Shown here in pieces: positions 1 through 9,393 of a DNA stretch of 64,000 nucleotides. The DNA is taken from NCBI RefSeq assembly GCF_038871235.1, contig NZ_JAVZIN010000006.1, positions 32,001 to 96,000 on the forward strand. Reading direction: 5' to 3'. The notes below the pieces were generated by a model. The model was not told the origin of the DNA. It saw only the letters and a list, made by a program, of their open reading frames with translations, and did not search any database. The position numbers and the translations under genes were made by a program. The first letter of the stretch is position 1, and every line of letters begins with the position of its first letter. The DNA is from Candidatus Hadarchaeum sp. GTDB taxonomy: Archaea; Hadarchaeota; Hadarchaeia; Hadarchaeales; Hadarchaeaceae.

Positions 1-1
1 T

Positions 2-151
2 CAAGTGAGCATGTTCGATGTGAGATCTCTTTACAACCTGCTAGTCGCGGATAGGGTTGATGAGGCTCTTCAGAACGTGTACCGTGTTGTGGAGAGCCTA
101 GTGAAAGCAGATGTGAAGGAGAAAAAGGATGATAACGTTTGTCAAACTTAA
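2..151 (+). CDS. 3' end of a truncated CDS, probably Mre11 nuclease
   Basis: Open frame from the window edge (QVSMFDVRSLYNLL...NVCQT*, TAA 149-151) overlapping the rad50 start; identity inferred only from the usual mre11-rad50 order. Confidence 0.45.
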   Translation, partial: QVSMFDVRSLYNLLVADRVDEALQNVYRVVESLVKADVKEKKDDNVCQT

Positions 152-2528
152 GAACTGGAAATCGCACCGCGAAACTGAACTTGTCTTCGGTGATGGTACC
201 AATGTCTTAGTCGGCATCATGGGTTCAGGGAAGTCCTCGGTGATGGAAGGGATCACCTACGCTCTCTTTGGAACCCTGCCTGCGGTTCAGTCCCGCCGCA
301 TCAAGCTTGAGGATCTGATCACCAGCCGGCCCAAGCCACTTGACCGGGCCGAGGTTGAAGTTCACTTCTTGAGTCCTGAGGGTGAGGAGTACTCGGTCAG
401 ACGGGTTGTAGAGAGGGGCTCTGGGACGACGCTGGCTGAGCTAAGGAAGGTCAGCGGGGAGCTGATCGAGGGCCCGAACTCCTCCCGCGTTACCGAGGCC
501 ATCGGGTCAATTCTTGATTTGGATTACGACCTTTTTGAACGCGCGATCTATTCCGAGCAGAATCGCCTTGACTACTTTCTGACCCTGCCTCGCGGCAAAA
601 GAATGGAGAGCATCGACGAGCTGCTGGGCATAAACAAGCTGGAGAAGGCGAGGAAGAGTCTGGGTTCGATGATTACACGAATCACCGAGCGAGCGGAGGA
701 GCGGGAGATAGCGGCGCGGAACCTAGGACAGGACCCGGCGATACCGGCTCTGCCGGTTTACCTCCAGGAAATTGCCCAGCTTGAGTCTTCGCGGCAGGAG
801 ATCCAAGTCCAGCTAGGGCAACTGCGGACAGAGCTGGAATCGATCCGGGCCCAAGATCAGCGTTTCCGCGCCCTAGAGCAGCAGCTCAGGAGCCTGGAGC
901 AATCGAAGCGGGCGCTGGAGAGCGCTGCGGAGATGTTGGGCAGGAGTATTGATGAGTTGCGGCAGAGGCTCGGAGCCCACGCAAGTTTACCGGTGGAAAG
1001 AATCAAGGCTGAGTCAGACGAGGTTGAGTCCTCACTCGCCGCTAAAACATCAAGGCTTAACTCGCTACTTTCCAGCCTCACCGAGGTCAGCTCGCAGCTG
1101 CAGGGGCTGGAGGCGAGGAAGGCCATGACCCGAGATGCCGCTGAGAAACTAAGGATCGAGATCGAGCATAAGCGTGCGGCGCGGGCCAAGCTTGAGGCGC
1201 TAAAACCTCTGCAGGCCGCCAATCCCGTCGATAAGATCCAGGAGGAGCTCAGGCGGGCAGACGATGCTCTGGCGGGCTATCGCGCCAGAATAAAAGATTT
1301 GGTCACTGCCTTGGACGAGCTGGAGGAAGCCGAGGCGATTTGTCCGGTCTGCGAGACTCCGCTCACCAAAATGAGAAAGGAGGAACTACTGGAGCAGCGT
1401 CGGAGGGAGCTGAGGGAGCTGGAAGGAAAAAGCCGTGAGGCTGAGTCCCTCTCCTCGGAACTGAAGGAAAAGCTACGCCGTGCTCGTGAGCTGCAACAGA
1501 GCATCCTGCTGCTGGAGAAGGAGGTGGAGCCGCTCCCCAGTTTAGAGAGGGAGCATTCGGAGACGCTGAGGCGGCTTTCCGAGCTTGAGGCCGCCGCTCC
1601 TGAGCTGCTGAAAAAAAGAGAAGCGCTGGTCGAAGAAGTCGAGCGAACCAGAAACGAAGTGGACGAGCTGAACAAGAAGCTCTCCACCTTGAGGCAGGTC
1701 CTTCAGAACAGAGCAGATTTAGACTCCCGGGTTCGTGAACATCAATTTAGACTGGTTGAGATTTCCCAAGTGGAGAAGAAGCTGGAGCAGCTCAGGATGG
1801 TCTATGATGAGGCTAAGGCTGAGAGCGTCCGCCGGCAGGCCGAACAGCTTGTGGGGTCCTTGGAGAGGCTTCGAGCAGAGCTGCAGGGCAAGGAGCAGCT
1901 CATGGCGGAGAAGAGACGGCTGGTAGAAACAGTGAAGGAGAAGCTGAGGTTGGTAAAGTGGTATGAGGCTGAGGCTAGGCGACTCCGGGAAGCGGCCATG
2001 GCCATGAGCACAATTCAGACAGCCCTAGCGAGAACCCAGACTACAATGAGGAAGATGTTCATCGAAGGGGTCAACATGGTCATGAACGACCTCTGGGAGA
2101 GTATCTACCCCTATGGCGACTTCGTGGGCATCAGGCTCGGCGTGGAGAACGGAGACCGGGGCGACTACGTCCTCCAGCTGCGGGACCGGTCGGGAAACTG
2201 GATTCCGGTTGATGGGATTGCCAGCGGTGGCGAGAGGACGGATGCCGCCTTGGCGCTCAGGATTTCCTTCTCCATGGTGCTGGCGCCGAAGCTGAACTGG
2301 ATAGTCTTCGACGAGCCCACCCACAACCTAGACGCCGAGGGAATCCAAGAGCTGGCGAAGGTCCTGAGAGATCGCCTTCCCGATTTCGTCCGCCAGATCC
2401 TGCTGATAACCCATGAGGAAAGGCTGGAGAACGCGGTGAGCGGTTATCTCTACCGATTCACTAGAGACAAGCGGGAGGACGAGCCCACGAGAGTGGAGCA
2501 GGTGACGGCCCCGGAGCTTTACGATTGA
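129..2528 (+). CDS. rad50: DNA double-strand break repair ATPase Rad50
   Basis: Walker A GIMGSGKSS, long coiled coil, zinc hook CPVC, signature ASGGE, Walker B/D-loop FDEPTHNLD, ITH. Confidence 0.92.
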   Translation: MITFVKLKNWKSHRETELVFGDGTNVLVGIMGSGKSSVMEGITYALFGTLPAVQSRRIKLEDLITSRPKPLDRAEVEVHFLSPEGEEYSVRRVVERGSGTTLAELRKVSGELIEGPNSSRVTEAIGSILDLDYDLFERAIYSEQNRLDYFLTLPRGKRMESIDELLGINKLEKARKSLGSMITRITERAEEREIAARNLGQDPAIPALPVYLQEIAQLESSRQEIQVQLGQLRTELESIRAQDQRFRALEQQLRSLEQSKRALESAAEMLGRSIDELRQRLGAHASLPVERIKAESDEVESSLAAKTSRLNSLLSSLTEVSSQLQGLEARKAMTRDAAEKLRIEIEHKRAARAKLEALKPLQAANPVDKIQEELRRADDALAGYRARIKDLVTALDELEEAEAICPVCETPLTKMRKEELLEQRRRELRELEGKSREAESLSSELKEKLRRARELQQSILLLEKEVEPLPSLEREHSETLRRLSELEAAAPELLKKREALVEEVERTRNEVDELNKKLSTLRQVLQNRADLDSRVREHQFRLVEISQVEKKLEQLRMVYDEAKAESVRRQAEQLVGSLERLRAELQGKEQLMAEKRRLVETVKEKLRLVKWYEAEARRLREAAMAMSTIQTALARTQTTMRKMFIEGVNMVMNDLWESIYPYGDFVGIRLGVENGDRGDYVLQLRDRSGNWIPVDGIASGGERTDAALALRISFSMVLAPKLNWIVFDEPTHNLDAEGIQELAKVLRDRLPDFVRQILLITHEERLENAVSGYLYRFTRDKREDEPTRVEQVTAPELYD

Positions 2529-3874
2529 GCCTTGGTATAGGGTTCGAGTTCCTTAACCACTTTATCCACTATCGCCGTGGCCCTGCCGAGATATCTACGG
2601 TAGTCGAGCAGTTCTCCGAGTTCTTCCTTCGGGATAAATTTAGTAATTGCCGGCTCGCGGGAGAGTATCTCAATCAGCGGCTGGTCGTTAGCAATGGCTC
2701 GAGCGCTGCATCGTCTCAGCAGGGAATGGGCCTCCTGCCGGTTCATCCCTCTCTGGGTCAGCTCGATCATCACCGCCTCGGCCATGTTCAGGCCCTTGGT
2801 CAGCTCTAGGTTCTTCTTCATCTGCTCGGGAAAAACGTTCAGCTTGCTGAGGACGAAAATCGCCGTATTGAGCATCTCATCCATCAGGAGAAAAGACTCC
2901 GGCAGCAAAACGCGTTCGCACGAGGAGTTGGTCAGGTCCCTTTCATGCTCCAGCACGATGTTTTCCATCGCGGCTTGGACATGGCCGCGGAGAATCCTCG
3001 CCAAGCCACAGATCTTCTCGCACCGGATCGGGTTGCGCTTGTGCGGCATGGTGCTGCTGCCTACCTGCTGCACGGCAAATGGCTCCGCGACCTCTCCTAT
3101 CTCAGTGCGCTGGAGGTTCCTGATTTCCCGGGCCATCTTGTCCAGCGTTGAGGCCAGCAGGCCGAAGAACAAGATAAGCTCTGCTAAACGGTCACGCTGC
3201 AGGATCTGGTTGGTCGCCGTGGCTGGCGTTAACCTTAGTTCCTGCATGACCAAGCGCTGGACCTTCTCCGCGTGTTCTCCCCAAGCGGCTCCGGTTCCAA
3301 CCGCCCCGCTCATCTTTCCGACGAAGACCCGCGGCTTGAGCTGCCCCAGCCTCTCCAGATGTCGACTGATTTCTGAGGCCCAGATGGCGAGCTTAAGACC
3401 CAGCGTCGTGGGCAGGGCGTGCTGGCCATGAGTTCGTCCCACCATGATGGTGTTTCTGTGCTCTAGGGCCCGGTGAAGCAATATCACCAGAAGATTGCGG
3501 AGTTGCCGTTCGATAATGTTCAGGCCGTCGCGGATCTGAAGCGCCATCGCCGTGTCTAGGATATCGTTGCTCGTCGCCCCGAGATGGACATAGCGTCCAG
3601 ATTTGCCCGAGACCTCGGCGAGGGCCATGGCCACCGCCATCGTTTCGTGCTGGAACTCTTGCTCGAGTTTCCTTATTCTCTCGATCCTCACCTTCTTGAT
3701 CGAGGCACAGCTGGCTATTTTTTTCGCGTCTTTCTTTGGCACCAGCCCGACGTTCGCCAAGGCTTTAGCTAGGGCGGCCTCGACGTCCAGCATCCTCTGC
3801 AGGCTCGATTCAACGTCAAAAATCGATCGCATCTCGTGGCTTCCGTATCTCCATTCGATAGGATGAACGGGCAC
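2519..3874 (-). CDS. purB: Adenylosuccinate lyase
   Basis: GRTHGQHA, GKMSGAVG and the fumarase-family signature SSTMPHKRNP. Confidence 0.95.
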   Translation of the reverse strand: MPVHPIEWRYGSHEMRSIFDVESSLQRMLDVEAALAKALANVGLVPKKDAKKIASCASIKKVRIERIRKLEQEFQHETMAVAMALAEVSGKSGRYVHLGATSNDILDTAMALQIRDGLNIIERQLRNLLVILLHRALEHRNTIMVGRTHGQHALPTTLGLKLAIWASEISRHLERLGQLKPRVFVGKMSGAVGTGAAWGEHAEKVQRLVMQELRLTPATATNQILQRDRLAELILFFGLLASTLDKMAREIRNLQRTEIGEVAEPFAVQQVGSSTMPHKRNPIRCEKICGLARILRGHVQAAMENIVLEHERDLTNSSCERVLLPESFLLMDEMLNTAIFVLSKLNVFPEQMKKNLELTKGLNMAEAVMIELTQRGMNRQEAHSLLRRCSARAIANDQPLIEILSREPAITKFIPKEELGELLDYRRYLGRATAIVDKVVKELEPYTKAQS

Positions 3875-3933
3875 CTTGACTCCCTAATCGAGGAGGGTCG
3901 GCAAAGGATAAAACGCTGTTGTTTTAGTGATTT

Positions 3934-4641
3934 TCAAAGCAGCCGGCGTAGCTCAGCCAGATTTCTAACGGTGAAATCTGCCCTCTCCACCACTTGCCAG
4001 TCCCTTCGCTTTACCAAGATCGTTTTCATGCCCGCGACTTTACCGCCCTCAATGTCAGTGAACGGCTTGTCGCCGACGAAGACGCACTCATCCGGCCTGA
4101 CGCCAAGCCTCTCGGCGGCGATTAAAAAGGGTCCTGGGTCGGGTTTGGTTTTCGGCGTGTCCTCACCACTGATAATGATCACGTCAAACTTATCCATGAA
4201 ATTAAACTGTTTGAGCCTCATCTCCTTGATGCCCTTGGTCCCGTCAGTGTCAGTGACCATTCCCAGCCGGTAACCCCTGCTTCTGAGGTACTCCAGCGTT
4301 GGCCCTGCGTCGGGATAAGGTCGGCTGTTCTCGGCAAAGGTCTTCCAGTAAGTCTGGGTCAGCTCCTCAAGGAGTTCCCGGGGCAGCTCGACTTTCAGCC
4401 CCATCTTTTCCAGCAGCATCGGCCACCAGTCGTTGCGGATGTACTTCCTCTCAAAATTCATCTTGTCATCCAGCTTGGTGATCTGCTGGAAGAGTTCCTC
4501 TTCGTCTGCCTCAACACCACGTTTCAGCAGAAAGTCTCTGAGCTTTTTTGCCACGGCGCGGTGGCACTTCTTCAGACCGGGAAGGTCATCGATGAGCGTT
4601 TCGTCCAAGTCGAAGAGCACCGCCTTGATTCCCACTATCAT
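3934..4641 (-). CDS. HAD-superfamily hydrolase
   Basis: Motif I FDLDETL, KPDP, VGDKPFTD. Confidence 0.9.
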   Translation of the reverse strand: MIVGIKAVLFDLDETLIDDLPGLKKCHRAVAKKLRDFLLKRGVEADEEELFQQITKLDDKMNFERKYIRNDWWPMLLEKMGLKVELPRELLEELTQTYWKTFAENSRPYPDAGPTLEYLRSRGYRLGMVTDTDGTKGIKEMRLKQFNFMDKFDVIIISGEDTPKTKPDPGPFLIAAERLGVRPDECVFVGDKPFTDIEGGKVAGMKTILVKRRDWQVVERADFTVRNLAELRRLL

Positions 4642-5304
4642 TCATCTCACCTCAGTACCACCGCAGAACCTGGTTATATACTCCACCGCGGTTTCCGCAG
4701 CCTCCACCAGCTTTTGCTCTTCCATTCCCGGAGCGCCGCAGATGAGGAGGCAGAGGTCCCTAGTTTCAAGCGTGACTTTTGTTTCTTCTGAGTCGCGGTG
4801 AGGATAAATTGCGATCAGCTTTTCCTCATCCGAGACCACCAGTTCCACGCCGTTCAGCACGATGGGTAGATCCATACCTATGCCCAGAAATTTCTCCCCC
4901 TTGTTAGCGAGTCTCAGTGTGAGGTCACCTCTGAGCTTTCCAGCGTCGAAGGCGCCAAGAGCCACCCCGGTCTGCATCGACGCCAGATTGTAGGAGTCAA
5001 CCAAGGTGTTGATGGTGGGCAGTGGCTTTCCGGCGAGAATTCTCCTGATCAGGGCCTCTGCGGCCGGTCTGGTCTTAGTTGGGTCTATTCCGGCGCGCCA
5101 GAAGAAGTCGCGATAGGCCCTGAAGACTGGCTCGTCCTTCACCGTTTCCAGCCGGTATTTTCTTTTTATCTCCTCAGCGATTTTTTCCTTGAACAGCTGC
5201 AGCTGGTCGCTCTCTCTCTCCACCCTCAGGCCGGTGAGGCGGCGGAGCAGAACCTGCAGACCCGGAAAGCGCTGGAGAAGCAGCGGCTGGATGGTTATCT
5301 TCAT
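4642..5304 (-). CDS. Stand-alone B3/4 domain protein (PheRS-beta editing-like)
   Basis: AYRDFFWRAGIDPTKTRPAAEALIRR, INTLVDSYN, GAFD motifs. Confidence 0.85.
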   Translation of the reverse strand: MKITIQPLLLQRFPGLQVLLRRLTGLRVERESDQLQLFKEKIAEEIKRKYRLETVKDEPVFRAYRDFFWRAGIDPTKTRPAAEALIRRILAGKPLPTINTLVDSYNLASMQTGVALGAFDAGKLRGDLTLRLANKGEKFLGIGMDLPIVLNGVELVVSDEEKLIAIYPHRDSEETKVTLETRDLCLLICGAPGMEEQKLVEAAETAVEYITRFCGGTEVR

Positions 5305-5312
5305 GTTATTCC

Positions 5313-6068
5313 CTAGGCAGAAGTTTTCCTGAAGAGATAGCCACCGATGAGCACCATCGCTGTTGAGAAGCCCAACAGTACCCCGAAGTCCAACCAGAGC
5401 GACAGGTCGGAGATGCCGATTATTGCTCCTCTCAGCCCATCGACGCCATATCTCAGCGGGTTCACGTAGGCGATTGCCTTCATCCAGTCAGGAGCTGTGG
5501 CCAGCGGGAACAGCGCTCCCGAGAGGAAGAAGAGTGGCATGACGAGGAAGTTAGCCACCAGCGGGAAGGCGACCGGGTCGGACATCTTGGAGGCGAAGGC
5601 GAGACCGAGAGAGACGAAGGCAAGCGAGACGAAGAACATGAACACCAGCACCTGGGCGAAGGCGACCAGCGTGGGTGGCCAGACACCAACCAGCGACGCC
5701 GCCAGCAGGAGCAGCAGCCCCTGTAGCATCGAGGTGGTCACTCCTCCTAGGGCCTTCCCCAGCATGATGTGGGTTCGGGCAACCGGGGCCACCAGTATCT
5801 CCTTGAGAAAGCCGAACTGCTTGTCCCAGAGGACGGAAACGCCTGACATTATTGAGGAGAAGATCAGCGTCATCCCGATGATGCCAGGTGCCATGAACTC
5901 CAGGTAGCTCTGGCCACCGGGCAGCTTGAAGGCGGAGCTCATCCCGATCCCGATGATGGCCAGCCAGAGGAAGGGCTGCACCACCGACTGGACGATCCTT
6001 GTCTTGCCCCTGAGGAACCACTTCATCTCCCTCAACCAGAGGGTGTAAATGACCTGCGCGGCGCCCAT
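5313..6068 (-). CDS. ABC-2 type exporter permease
   Basis: About six hydrophobic segments, GFLKEILVAP, NPLRYGVDGLR; adjacent to an ABC ATPase. Confidence 0.9.
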   Translation of the reverse strand: MGAAQVIYTLWLREMKWFLRGKTRIVQSVVQPFLWLAIIGIGMSSAFKLPGGQSYLEFMAPGIIGMTLIFSSIMSGVSVLWDKQFGFLKEILVAPVARTHIMLGKALGGVTTSMLQGLLLLLAASLVGVWPPTLVAFAQVLVFMFFVSLAFVSLGLAFASKMSDPVAFPLVANFLVMPLFFLSGALFPLATAPDWMKAIAYVNPLRYGVDGLRGAIIGISDLSLWLDFGVLLGFSTAMVLIGGYLFRKTSA

Positions 6069-6069
6069 C

Positions 6070-7062
6070 TCATCTCCTCCAGTGACCGGGCATCCTAAAT
6101 CGGCTGGCTGCGTCGGGGCCCTCTTCCCTGATCGCCTTTCCAGTGAAGTTTATGAAGACATCCTCGAGTGACGGTCTCTTCAGGCTGACTTCGTGAACTT
6201 GGCCACCTTTCCTCCTCACCGTTTCGATTATCTTGGGGATGGTCTTGCTCCCGTTACTCACTTGGAGTTGCAGAGAGTCACTAGTGACTTTGACACCTTT
6301 CACCAGCCCGCTTCTTTGGAAGATTTGCAGGAACTTTTTCAAGTTATCGACCTTGAGGTAAACCACATCTCCCTCGAGCTTGTCCTTCAGCGCCTGCGGG
6401 GTATCAAGCGCCACAATTCTACCCATGTCGATGATGCCCACCCGATCGCAGAGGTAGTCGGCCTCCTCGATGTAGTGGGTGGTTAGAACGATGGTGATTT
6501 TCTCCGTTTGGTTCAGCTTTTCGATCTGTTCCCAGACCACGCGCCTGGTCTGTGCATCCAGCCCCAGCGTGGGCTCGTCCAAGAAGAGAATTTTGGGACG
6601 GTGCATCAGCCCTCGGGCTATTTCCAGCCGGCGTTTCATGCCGCCGGAGTAGGTCTTCACCAGAGAATTAGCACGGTTGGTTAGACCGACCAAGCTGAGC
6701 ACCTCCTCGATTCTCGCTTTCCTCTCTTCACTGCTCATGCCGTACATTCTACCGTGGAAGTCTAGGTTTTCCCACCCGGTCAGGTTGCTGTCAAGCGATG
6801 GTTCTTGAAAGACAATTCCAATTGACGATCTGACTTCATCCGGCTCCTTGCAGACGTCATGGCCGACCACCTTGGCCGTCCCCGAGGTGGGGGGCAGGAT
6901 GGTGCAGAGGATGTGCGTCAAAGTTGTCTTGCCCGCGCCATTGGGCCCGAGCAACCCGAAGATTTCACCGTACTTTATCCTCAGGCTGACGCTGTTTACT
7001 GCCACGATTTCTCCGAACTTTCTCGTCAGGCGTTCGGTTTCAATGGCGTAACCGTCGTGCAT
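6070..7062 (-). CDS. ABC exporter ATP-binding protein (DrrA-like)
   Basis: GPNGAGKT, YSGGM, LDEPT, TTH. Confidence 0.93.
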   Translation of the reverse strand: MHDGYAIETERLTRKFGEIVAVNSVSLRIKYGEIFGLLGPNGAGKTTLTHILCTILPPTSGTAKVVGHDVCKEPDEVRSSIGIVFQEPSLDSNLTGWENLDFHGRMYGMSSEERKARIEEVLSLVGLTNRANSLVKTYSGGMKRRLEIARGLMHRPKILFLDEPTLGLDAQTRRVVWEQIEKLNQTEKITIVLTTHYIEEADYLCDRVGIIDMGRIVALDTPQALKDKLEGDVVYLKVDNLKKFLQIFQRSGLVKGVKVTSDSLQLQVSNGSKTIPKIIETVRRKGGQVHEVSLKRPSLEDVFINFTGKAIREEGPDAASRFRMPGHWRR

Positions 7063-7452
7063 CTAATCGCCCTCCAGCAGCTCACGGACAAATTCCCTGA
7101 AACCGCTGATGTGTCGTTTCCACTCTAAAAGTATTTTCTCCTCGGCCTCCTTTCCCGCCGCCGTGATCCGGTAGTAGCGGCGGCTGGGCCCGGCGGTTCT
7201 GGAGCTCCACTCGCTTTTCACAAAACCCCTGCTCTCTAGCCGCCTCAGTACGGGATAGATGGTGCCCGCTTTGGGAATCCATTGCCCCTTGGTGGTCTTG
7301 GCGATGGTCTGGATGATCTCATACCCGTACATGGGCTCACCGTTCTTCCTGAGGATCCAAAGCAGCAGGACGCTTAACAATCCCCGTTTCATCTCCCTCC
7401 CGATGTTTTCCCGCCACCTTTGATCTTCGTTAAGCATCTGAATCTCATCCAC
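7063..7452 (-). CDS. PadR-family transcriptional regulator
   Basis: YGYEI, GTIYPVLRRLE, RRYYRIT winged-helix motifs; first gene of the ABC operon. Confidence 0.9.
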   Translation of the reverse strand: MDEIQMLNEDQRWRENIGREMKRGLLSVLLLWILRKNGEPMYGYEIIQTIAKTTKGQWIPKAGTIYPVLRRLESRGFVKSEWSSRTAGPSRRYYRITAAGKEAEEKILLEWKRHISGFREFVRELLEGD

Positions 7453-7466
7453 CTATGCCATCCCCC

Positions 7467-7494
7467 CATATAAATATGTAGTGTGGCTACATAT
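7467..7494 (-). promoter_or_regulatory. TATA box plus perfect inverted repeat ATATGTAG-N5-CTACATAT, candidate PadR operator
   Basis: Minus-strand TTTATATG at 7467-7474 abuts an 8+8 bp palindrome at 7474-7494 upstream of the PadR start. Confidence 0.6.
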
Positions 7495-7517
7495 CTCTGG
7501 AACTCATTTTTCTCGTT

Positions 7518-8516
7518 TCAGGGGGAGATGATACCTTGCCCCGGCGGAATTTTGACGATGGGTGCCCCGTCAGCGTAGGAGCACCTGATGCCGTACTTCC
7601 TCACGCATTCGACGCAGAGGGCGGGATCGCAGAGCCTCGTGGAAAAATATTTTTCGCCGCCGTCGGGTGCCATAGCCACCATGACCCCCTTTTCGATCTC
7701 CACTGTTTTTTTTCTAGCGATGTGGAAGATGGCCCCCGAGCTGGGCCCGACAAAGAGCCCCTCCTGCAGGAAGAGCAGTCTGGTAGCCTCCTCCGCCTCT
7801 TGCGGGCTCACTGTGTATATCTCATCCACGTATTCTCTCCTCCAGATGGCCGGGACATACTGCGTCTGCAGGTTCTTCAGCCCGGGTATCATGGTGTTTG
7901 GCTCCGGCTGAACCGCGATTATTTTGATCTTTGGATTGTACTCCCGCAGTCTTTTGGATACCCCCATCAGGGTCCCGCTGGTCCCGATGCCGGCGATGAA
8001 GTGGGTGATCCTGCCGGCGGTGTCTCTCCAGATCTCCTCCGCGGTGGTCTCGTAGTGGGCCAGTACGTTGGCTGGGTTGGCGAACTGGTTGGGCATATAA
8101 TATTTCTCCGGGTTTTTGCTGACGATTTCGCGCGCTAGGTCCTCAGCTCCATCCATTCCCTTTGCCTCGTCGCTCAACACGATCTTGGCCCCGAGGGAGA
8201 CCAGCATCTGCCGCCTCTCCAAGGTCATGGTTTCAGGCATCACCAAGACTAAGTTGTAGCCCTTGGCCCGGCAGACCAGCGCCAGCCCAATGCCGGTGTT
8301 GCCGCTGGTGGCTTCGATGACCGTCTTGTCCTTGGTGAGCTGCCCGTTTTTCTCCGCCTGCTCGATCATGTATTTGGCGATTCGGTCCTTCACCGAGCCG
8401 CCAGGGTTGAACTTTTCCAGCTTGAGGTAGAGTTCAACGTTGGGGTTGGGGTTAAGCCGCTTCACCAGCACCAGCGGTGTGTTACCGATCAGATCGAGGA
8501 CATCCTTTGCCAGCAT
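7518..8516 (-). CDS. PLP-dependent cysteine synthase family protein (CysK/CysM)
   Basis: IGNTPL, PGGSVKDR (PLP Lys), TSGNTG, GTSGT; Cys-rich C-terminal tail. Confidence 0.9.
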   Translation of the reverse strand: MLAKDVLDLIGNTPLVLVKRLNPNPNVELYLKLEKFNPGGSVKDRIAKYMIEQAEKNGQLTKDKTVIEATSGNTGIGLALVCRAKGYNLVLVMPETMTLERRQMLVSLGAKIVLSDEAKGMDGAEDLAREIVSKNPEKYYMPNQFANPANVLAHYETTAEEIWRDTAGRITHFIAGIGTSGTLMGVSKRLREYNPKIKIIAVQPEPNTMIPGLKNLQTQYVPAIWRREYVDEIYTVSPQEAEEATRLLFLQEGLFVGPSSGAIFHIARKKTVEIEKGVMVAMAPDGGEKYFSTRLCDPALCVECVRKYGIRCSYADGAPIVKIPPGQGIISP

Positions 8517-8607
8517 CTCCTTCCCTCAATGCTATCATAACGCCCTTATATATTTCATGATGTCTGTCTTATCTATTAATTTTAATTGAGCCTAGGTCGA
8601 TGATTGG

Positions 8608-9393
8608 TTGGATAACTTGTCACGGACATTGTCACTGGGCTGCGTGGAGTTCGCCGTGCCGGGCAGAACTCTTGAGGAGAAACTGGAAGTGCTAGAGTCC
8701 AGAGCGATGTGGCTGGAGCTAGTTAATGATGAGGCGCGCAGCCTTGAGTCAATACAGGCCGCGGTATCCAGCTTCAGCGTCCCGATTTTCTCGGTTCAGG
8801 CGAATAAGTTACATTATCTGAGTCTTCTAAGCGACGATTTAGGCGAGCGCAGAGCGGCCAGAGAGCACGTGGAGGAGACGATGAGCTGGGCGGCGGCGCT
8901 CGGGGCCGAGAATGTGGTAACCACGCTCGCCTTCGGGGATCCCGCTGCCAGAGAACCCTATTCGCTGGCACTGGAGACCTTCAGGGGATTCGGGACGCAG
9001 GCTGAGGAGCTGGGCATCACCGTGTCCATCGAGCCGCTGGGTAAGAACAGGACCTCGTTTCTGCCGGGCATGTCGGAAGTTCACGGCCTCATTAGCGAGC
9101 TGGGAATGGAGCACCTGCGACTGATGGCGGACACGATGCACATCCACGACAACGGTGACGATGTTGTTGAAGTAGTTGCAAGGTATGTTGATGAGATTTC
9201 CGAGCTGCAGCTCCGTGACACCGGGTCGAGGCCGCCGGGTCAGGGCGCCATCGATTTTTCATCACTGATGGACGTAGTGGTTAAAAAGTTCAAAGGGCTC
9301 CTCTGTCTGGAGTATAAGCCGGGGACCAACCTGAGAAAGGATTTTGATCACGCTTGTAAATTTGTTTTTGGCTTCATCGCTGCGGTTCGATAA
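8608..9393 (+). CDS. Sugar phosphate isomerase/epimerase (AP endonuclease 2 TIM-barrel family)
   Basis: IEPL, DTMH, PGQGAIDF, LEY motifs. Confidence 0.8.
   Translation: MDNLSRTLSLGCVEFAVPGRTLEEKLEVLESRAMWLELVNDEARSLESIQAAVSSFSVPIFSVQANKLHYLSLLSDDLGERRAAREHVEETMSWAAALGAENVVTTLAFGDPAAREPYSLALETFRGFGTQAEELGITVSIEPLGKNRTSFLPGMSEVHGLISELGMEHLRLMADTMHIHDNGDDVVEVVARYVDEISELQLRDTGSRPPGQGAIDFSSLMDVVVKKFKGLLCLEYKPGTNLRKDFDHACKFVFGFIAAVR

Noticed and set aside
129-2528. SMC-like ATPase as a Wadjet/Lamassu defence component
   Set aside because: Zinc hook and motifs are those of Rad50; no defence partner genes are seen
2694-3431. Long antisense or alternate-frame ORFs (also 7536-8138, 29474-30061, 60894-61412)
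   Set aside because: Shadows of well-supported genes with no protein motifs
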